A stretch of 32,000 nt of DNA from Candidatus Arthromitus sp. SFB-rat-Yit (GTDB taxonomy: Bacteria > Bacillota > Clostridia > Clostridiales > Clostridiaceae): NCBI RefSeq assembly GCF_000283555.1, contig NC_016012.1, forward strand, positions 360,001 to 392,000, in the 5' to 3' direction. Under the pieces are notes generated by a model that worked only from the letters and a program-made list of their open reading frames with translations, did no database searches and was not told the origin of the DNA. This document shows positions 25,721-32,000 of the stretch, in pieces. Position 1 is the stretch's first letter. Each line of letters starts with the position of its first letter. A program made the position numbers and the translations under genes.

Positions 25721-26547
25721 ATGAAAATAGTTTTAGGAATAGATATTGGAGCATCCACAACGAAAATTGTTGGACTTAGTGAAGATAGAAAAATTTATTC
25801 ATTTCAGTTAAATGCAGAGGAAAGAAGTGTATCTGGCTTTGATATGGTGTATAAATTTTTAAATTCTTATAATTTTTCATTGAGTGATATTTCATCGATT
25901 GCATTAACTGGAGTTGGAAGTTGTGACATGAAAGATGAGATTTGTGGAATAAAGGTGTATAAAGTAGATGAGTTTAATGCGATTGGATATGGTGGACTTT
26001 ATATATCAAAAAAAAATCAGCTTTAATAGTTAGTATGGGGACAGGCACTGCATATGTAAAAGCGTGCGGTGAATCTATGACCCATATAGGTGGAAGTGGG
26101 GTTGGAGGAGGAACACTTCTTGGATTATCTTCTATTTTATTAGGAACAAAAGATGTAGATATGATTGAAGAATATTTTAAATGTGGTGAACTTAGAAATG
26201 TGGATTTAAGTATAGATGATATATGTAAGGAACCTATAGCTGGCTTACCTCCTGATATTACAGCCTCAAATTTTGGAAAAATTTCGAAATTTGCAAGTAA
26301 GGGAGATTTATCACTTGGCATAATGAATATGATTTGTCAAACTATAGGTCTTATTGCTATATTTTATATAAAAAATGAAAGTATTAAGGACATTGTACTT
26401 ACAGGAACATTAACTGAATTTTTTGTTATAAAAAATATATTTAGTAGACTTGAACTTCTTCACAATGTAAGATTCATAATACCAGAGAATTCTGTATTTG
26501 CAACTTCAATAGGTGCGATTATTTATCATAACAGGTTTTTAAGATAA
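25721..26547 (+). pseudogene. coaW: Type II pantothenate kinase (CoaW) interrupted by a frameshift at an A9 tract
   Basis: ORF 25721-26026 (MKIVLGIDIGASTTKIV...ALTGVGS...VDEFNAIGYGGLYI) and ORF 26035-26547 (VSMGTGTAYV..HIGGSGVGGGTLLGL...LPPDITASNFGKI...) match the N- and C-terminal halves of staphylococcal-type PanK-II as I recall it. The second frame is open back through 25993 and reads KKKSALIVSMGTGT. The frames meet in the A9 run at 26008-26016, and one extra A would restore a single ~275-aa ORF. Confidence 0.85.
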
Positions 26548-26630
26548 ATTTAATATTTAAATTTGTATATTTATGTAGATAAAGGAAATAATTTTTCTAA
26601 AGAGATATTATTTTCCGGGGGGAACAGTAT

Positions 26631-27152
26631 ATGGTAAAGAATATGGTGATGTTGTGCGTAAGTCTTTTGCTTTTAGTGTTTTTAATTACGAATAAAGTTT
26701 CAGCACTCAAAGATCCTACACAGGAGTATTATAATGATAGTGGAATATATTTTTTGAATAGTATTAGTATTGACAAACTTAGGGATAATTTTGTGGATAA
26801 GTTTGTTGTTTTAGATGCTGATACTGAAAAAAATAATATTTTGATAAAAGAGAATAAAGAATTAAATAATAGGATCAAAAAGAGGTTAGATGAAATAAAA
26901 GTTGATATTGGAAATAATATATGGAAAGAGATTAGAGGATATAAAAACGAAATAAATGATAAGAAGATATCTACAAGAAATAAGATTAAGCAGTTGATAA
27001 ATGATCAAAAACGGATTTTAGAAAATGAAAATTATAGTGATGAGTCACTTTCTAGATTTATAAATATTCTTATAGATACTCAGAAACTTAGACGGGAGAG
27101 TATTGAATTTGAGAAGATACATTTAAATAAAATAAATGCTTTGATATTATGA
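26631..27152 (+). CDS. Hypothetical secreted protein, coiled-coil-rich
   Basis: G-rich SD (GGGGGGAAC) upstream. Signal peptide MVKNMVMLCVSLLLLVFLITNKVSA. Charged K/E/N-rich remainder. Confidence 0.65.
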   Translation: MVKNMVMLCVSLLLLVFLITNKVSALKDPTQEYYNDSGIYFLNSISIDKLRDNFVDKFVVLDADTEKNNILIKENKELNNRIKKRLDEIKVDIGNNIWKEIRGYKNEINDKKISTRNKIKQLINDQKRILENENYSDESLSRFINILIDTQKLRRESIEFEKIHLNKINALIL

Positions 27153-27190
27153 GAGTAAGGGTAAATTTTTGCCATTACTCTTTTGTTTTA
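27152..27190 (+). terminator. Rho-independent terminator
   Basis: Stem AGAGTAAGG (27152-27160) / CCATTACTCT (27072+100 region, 27172-27181) with one bulged A, 11-nt loop, tail TTTTGTTTT. Confidence 0.6.
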
Positions 27191-27221
27191 TTAATAATTT
27201 TAATTGTGAGGAATGTAAAAT

Positions 27222-27962
27222 ATGGTGTGTATAATATCTCCTTCTCTTACTATGAAGGAAGTAGATGATAGTTACAATAATTTAACTATGCCGACCTATA
27301 TTGAAAAAGCTAAGGAAATAGTTTATAAAATTAATTCGTTGAGTGATGAAGAGATTAGAAATATAATGGGGATAGATGGTGAATTATTAAAAATTAATAG
27401 ATGTAGATATAAAAAATTTAAATTTGATTTAAATGGGAATCCTGCGATTTTATCTTACACAGGAACTGTATATAAGAATATTAATGCAAATGTATTTGAT
27501 AATGAAGAGATAGAGTTTTGTAAAGATCATATAAGAATTTTAAGTGGAGTTTATGGGATTTTAAAACCTTATGACAGTATATACGAGTATAGATTAGAAT
27601 TTAAAACTAAAGTGAAGATTGGAGAGTTTAAGGATATTTATGCATATTTTGGAAAATGTATTTATGATGATCTTGTAACGTATGATAATGAAATATTAAA
27701 TTTATGTTCAAATGAATATAGTAAGGCTATAATTCCATATTTGAGTGAAAAAGATGAGTTTGTAACATGCAGTTTTAAAATTAAGAAGAATAATACCATC
27801 AAATCTTATGCTATGGACTCTAAGATAACAAGAGGTAAAATGGTTAATTTTATCGTAAAAAATAAGATTAATAGATATAAAGATTTAAGGGAATTTAATG
27901 AAAATGGGTATAGTTTTAATGAAACATTATCAAATAAGAATGAATATATATTCACAAAATAG
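27222..27962 (+). CDS. yaaA: YaaA-family peroxide stress protein (DUF328/UPF0246)
   Basis: CIISPSLTM (cf. IISPAKxM), AILSYTGTVYKNI, RILSGVYGILKPYDSIYEYRLE and KITRGKMVNFIV are characteristic YaaA motifs. Confidence 0.85.
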   Translation: MVCIISPSLTMKEVDDSYNNLTMPTYIEKAKEIVYKINSLSDEEIRNIMGIDGELLKINRCRYKKFKFDLNGNPAILSYTGTVYKNINANVFDNEEIEFCKDHIRILSGVYGILKPYDSIYEYRLEFKTKVKIGEFKDIYAYFGKCIYDDLVTYDNEILNLCSNEYSKAIIPYLSEKDEFVTCSFKIKKNNTIKSYAMDSKITRGKMVNFIVKNKINRYKDLREFNENGYSFNETLSNKNEYIFTK

Positions 27963-27995
27963 AGGTACTCAATTATGAGTACCTCTATTTTAAAA
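27961..27995. terminator. Bidirectional terminator between yaaA and the convergent ZIP gene
   Basis: Perfect 11-bp stem AGAGGTACTCA (27961-27971) / TGAGTACCTCT (27976-27986), loop ATTA, tail ATTTTAAAATT. The stem spans part of the stop codons of both genes. Confidence 0.8.
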
Positions 27996-28791
27996 TTATG
28001 TCTAACATTAATAGTAGTAGGAAGCCGAAAACAAAACCAGCTGTACCAAAATTTTTATGTGAGTTTAAATTATATTCAGGTATGATTTCATCTACAACCG
28101 TTATTATAATTGTTCCGGCAGCAAAGGCTAATATTATAGGCATAAAATCTGAGAGTATATTTGATAGAAGTACGCCTATTATTCCACCAATGGGCTCAAG
28201 AAGTCCTGGGATAGATCCAAGTAAAAATGATTTTAGGTTTGAATATTTTTCGTTTTTAAAAGGTATTGATAGAGCAAATCCTTCTATAGAATTTTGTAAT
28301 ACCATGGATAAAGATAATGCAACAGCCCCTGCAAAACTTCCTAGATTTTCAGATCTAGTTAGGGAAAAAGCAATACCTATGGAAATTCCTTCTATTAAAT
28401 TTCTTAAAGCAGAGGATAAGATGAGTAATACTTTCTTTTTTGAAGATATTGTTATAGGTAGTTGTATTTTTAAAATTATATTGGATATGAATCTATCTAA
28501 TAACTTAAGGAAAATAGCTCCTAATATGAAACCAAAAGATATACCAAGCAAATTATTCAATTTATTTTTAGATAATTCAGTTGCTGGTATTATTAGTGAC
28601 CATATAGATGATGAGATCATGATTCCAGCAGTAAAACCCAAAAATATTTTATAATACTTTATATTTAAATTGTTTTTCATAAAAAAGATGCAAGATGCAC
28701 CTAATATAGTAGAAATCATCGCAAATATTGTACTTATTAATGAAAGAACTAAAGGTGAAAATGTATCCATTTCAATATTAAATACTCCCAA
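27985..28791 (-). CDS. ZIP-family divalent metal (zinc) transporter (ZupT/GufA-like)
   Basis: About 8 TM segments. IEGISIGIAF, LQNSIEGFALSIPF and AAGTIIITVVDEIIPE resemble ZIP signature helices IV/V and the C-terminal helix. No convincing SD before either ATG 28791 or the in-frame ATG 28770, so the start is uncertain. Confidence 0.8.
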   Translation of the reverse strand: MGVFNIEMDTFSPLVLSLISTIFAMISTILGASCIFFMKNNLNIKYYKIFLGFTAGIMISSSIWSLIIPATELSKNKLNNLLGISFGFILGAIFLKLLDRFISNIILKIQLPITISSKKKVLLILSSALRNLIEGISIGIAFSLTRSENLGSFAGAVALSLSMVLQNSIEGFALSIPFKNEKYSNLKSFLLGSIPGLLEPIGGIIGVLLSNILSDFMPIILAFAAGTIIITVVDEIIPEYNLNSHKNFGTAGFVFGFLLLLMLDIILK

Positions 28792-29182
28792 TAATTATTT
28801 AGAAAGTTAAGAAAATAAATTTTATATTATAGTATTAATGTGGATTATATTTGTTACTTGAAGTGAGAGTTTTATATAGTGAGTATTTTGATTGAGTTTT
28901 AAATTTTGGATGTGTACAAAAAAAACATGAATAGATTAACAAAATATTAATTGGAATACAAAAATAATAATATATTATTAAAAAATATGTTTTAATAATA
29001 TTGAATTATTAATTTATTGGTTTGATTTTTTAATTTATAATGTTATAGTATAAGTGGACCTTGCTAATGGTAAATGTTTTAAATAAATAATTAGATTAAA
29101 GCTAGAATCATCGTAATCATATTTATGTGATTTACTTGTTTGGTTTGTATTTAATTTGGTTTTAAATTTTTAGGAGGTTTTC

Positions 29183-29821
29183 ATGAACAGTAGATTAAAT
29201 AGGTTTTTGGGAGTAATGGTTCTTGGATGCGTTTTGACAGTTAGTTTTCCAAAAGCTGAACCGCTACTTGTTAGTGAACAAGATGGACAGTATAGTAATA
29301 ATGAAGAGATTGCAGAGATTATTTATGATAAGATAGTCAATGGAGAGACGTCTATTAATATTTCAAACGATATTGATTTAGATATAAGGCCTGATATTGA
29401 TGTTAAAGAAGTAGATGAAAGTAATATAGCACCTAGAAAAGTAGATTCTAATCAGGAATTAGGAAGTAAAATTGCTGATTTTGCGAAAAGTTTAGTTGGA
29501 AAGCCTTATGTATACGGTAGGACGGGACCGAATTCATTTGATTGTTCTGGATTTGCTGTGTATGTATATAAAAGTTTTGGAATTAATATTCCGAGGACTA
29601 GTCAGGCACAAGCATATGTAGGAAGTAGGGTGAGTAAGGGTGATCTTAAACCTGGAGATTTAGTATTTTGTAACACTTACTCATCTTTATCACATGTAGG
29701 AATTTATATTGGAGATGGTAAAATTGCACATGCAGCAAATACAAGTACAGGTGTTACTATTTCTGATATAATTGGTGGATATTATGGTTCTAGATATGCG
29801 TGGGCGACAAGACCTTATTAA
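29183..29821 (+). CDS. NlpC/P60 (C40) family cell-wall peptidase, secreted
   Basis: AGGAGG (29172-29177) 5 nt upstream. Signal peptide. Catalytic region GKPYVYGRTGPNSFDCSGFAVYVY...SHVGIYIGDGKIAHA carries the Cys and His of the C40 triad. Confidence 0.9.
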   Translation: MNSRLNRFLGVMVLGCVLTVSFPKAEPLLVSEQDGQYSNNEEIAEIIYDKIVNGETSINISNDIDLDIRPDIDVKEVDESNIAPRKVDSNQELGSKIADFAKSLVGKPYVYGRTGPNSFDCSGFAVYVYKSFGINIPRTSQAQAYVGSRVSKGDLKPGDLVFCNTYSSLSHVGIYIGDGKIAHAANTSTGVTISDIIGGYYGSRYAWATRPY

Positions 29822-29824
29822 GTT

Positions 29825-29862
29825 AAGTGATACTTTTTTAAAGTATCACTTTTTATTTTTTA
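29825..29862 (+). terminator. Rho-independent terminator after the NlpC/P60 gene
   Basis: Perfect 11-bp stem AAGTGATACTT (29825-29835) / AAGTATCACTT (29841-29851), loop TTTTA, tail TTTATTTTTT. Confidence 0.85.
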
Positions 29863-29921
29863 ATTATATTATAAAAAAAACCACATATATATTTTATATA
29901 AAATTTATATGGAGGGATAAA

Positions 29922-30671
29922 ATGAGATATAGAAGAACTATTAATAGAAAAAATGCCAGGAATGGTGAGTTGGTTAAATTTGTTATATCTTTTGTTCTAG
30001 TTTTGTCATTATCGTTATTTATTTCTGCTAATATAGCTAGTTTAATATATAAAAGTAGTACATATGAAAAGTTAGAAATTAATTTTAATAACGAAGATAA
30101 TAAAACTATAGTTAAAGATAGTGAAAAAATAGGAGAGGAGAAGATGGAAAATTACTCTAAGACTTTATTGAGTAATAACATAGTGTTATTTCAAGGGGGG
30201 GTATTTAATGATTTGGATAATGCGGAAGAATTCAAGAAAAAAATTGATAATAAAACACTATCGAGTATTGTAAATGATGGAAAGTATGAAAGAGTAATTT
30301 TGGGTATATCTTATAAGGATAATTTTTTAGATATGGTAGATTTTTTAAAGAGTAATAATATTCAATTTGTAAAACAAGTTTATAAAATACCTGTTAACGT
30401 TGAGTATAATGAAGAAATTTTAAAAATCTTAGAAGCATTTTCCGATTTTATTTTAGAAGAGGGCAAAAATATTTTAAAGGATAAGGTAGATATAACGAAA
30501 CTTAAAGAGGTTACTAGCACTTTGGATGTAGACTATGGTAAAAGGGGATCTTATGAACTGTTTAATGAGTTGAAAGAATCAATACTTGATTTAGAAGATA
30601 GTGCAGAAAGAGAAGAATTAGAAAGTATATTTAATCTCATATATTTAAGTTTTGCTAATTATAAGTCATAG
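29922..30671 (+). CDS. Hypothetical membrane-anchored protein with a possible SPOR-like domain
   Basis: ATG 29922 lies 5 nt after GGAGGG (29911-29916). The longer track ORF (from 29772) runs through the preceding terminator. Basic N-terminus plus one TM segment (FVISFVLVLSLSLFISANIA). The segment VLFQGGVFNDLDNAEEFKKKI...GKYERVILGISYKDNFLDMVDFLKSNNI resembles the SPOR fold pattern (weak). Confidence 0.65.
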   Translation: MRYRRTINRKNARNGELVKFVISFVLVLSLSLFISANIASLIYKSSTYEKLEINFNNEDNKTIVKDSEKIGEEKMENYSKTLLSNNIVLFQGGVFNDLDNAEEFKKKIDNKTLSSIVNDGKYERVILGISYKDNFLDMVDFLKSNNIQFVKQVYKIPVNVEYNEEILKILEAFSDFILEEGKNILKDKVDITKLKEVTSTLDVDYGKRGSYELFNELKESILDLEDSAEREELESIFNLIYLSFANYKS

Positions 30672-30985
30672 TGTAAAAAAGTGTATAATTTTGCAAAAAT
30701 ATATCCATTAATGTTTATTTATGCTTGTTAAAATTATTTCTAAATGATAAAATAATAATTAAATTTTGTGCTTTATACTACGTTAACATAAAGTGATGTT
30801 CTGCCAATTTTATCTAGTTATACAAAAAAATACAAAAATTGTATATGAATTGAATAATAATAAATAAAAATGTAACAATATTTAAAGAAATAATGTGATA
30901 GTGTTCTATGTAGAAATAAAAATATAGTTGTATTTTATTGAATTAAGTTTTATTAAGAATGATTGTTTTATTTGAAAGGAGATAA

Positions 30986-32000
<1,015 letters not shown>

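Noticed and set aside
27998-28654. 218-aa + strand ORF overlapping the ZIP transporter gene
   Set aside because: The - strand frame gives a coherent 8-TM ZIP-like protein ending at a shared terminator. The + frame is a P/K/S-rich sequence with no motifs or RBS.
29106-29132. Zur-box-like sequence ATCGTAATCATATTTAT near the ZIP transporter
   Set aside because: The left half matches the Firmicute Zur half-site (TCGTAAT) perfectly, but the right half (ATATTTA versus ATTACGA) is poor. The site is also about 320 nt from the ZIP start and sits in the NlpC/P60 leader instead. It may deserve a matrix scan but is not supportable by eye.
28860-29182. Possible cyclic-di-AMP (ydaO-type) riboswitch upstream of the NlpC/P60 gene
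   Set aside because: That riboswitch class often precedes cell-wall hydrolase genes, so I looked for it. The leader is almost pure A/T and lacks the G-rich conserved cores (for example ACGGGG and GGGGA/CCC pairings) needed for that fold.
29772-29921. N-terminal extension of the ORF 29772-30671 overlapping the NlpC/P60 gene
   Set aside because: The extension reads through a perfect 11-bp terminator hairpin (29825-29851) and its T-tract. A GGAGGG-supported ATG at 29922 gives a sensible basic-tail plus TM N-terminus.

Overview
Very AT-rich chromosomal segment (by eye well below 35% GC, not computed). It looks like a Clostridia-class Firmicute: tRNAs with encoded CCA, strong GGAGG-type Shine-Dalgarno sites, rubrerythrin, a SleC-like peptidoglycan-binding protein and MreB. 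I can support 27 intact protein-coding genes, one frameshift-interrupted gene, an array of 9 tRNA genes behind a perfect consensus sigma-A promoter, and about a dozen rho-independent terminators, several shared by convergent genes. Content is mostly housekeeping or accessory metabolism. It includes a Ca2+ P-type ATPase, rubrerythrin, RdgB, a gnd-zwf oxidative pentose-phosphate operon, a MacB-type ABC transporter, a Streptococcus-type NADH oxidase, an ECF S-component plus type II pantothenate kinase, YaaA, a ZIP transporter, an NlpC/P60 hydrolase and MreB (truncated by the window end). I see no rRNA, CRISPR array, transposase, integrase, phage genes or recognisable defence system, so I cannot point to a clear-cut novel system. 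The best candidates for a second look are: (1) a self-contained VTC-domain / DUF4956 / beta-helix lipoprotein operon (129-3428), possibly a split bacterial polyphosphate synthesis/export module; (2) a type II pantothenate kinase split by a frameshift exactly at an A9 homopolymer (26008-26016); (3) a cyclase-family hydrolase abutting zwf where a 6-phosphogluconolactonase would be expected; (4) a membrane-anchored protein that may be a degenerate NodB-like domain, translationally coupled to an ABC exporter; (5) an oversized SleC-like protein with four peptidoglycan-binding modules; (6) an orphan 456-aa protein. All family assignments come from reading the translations and recalling motifs. No searches were run.
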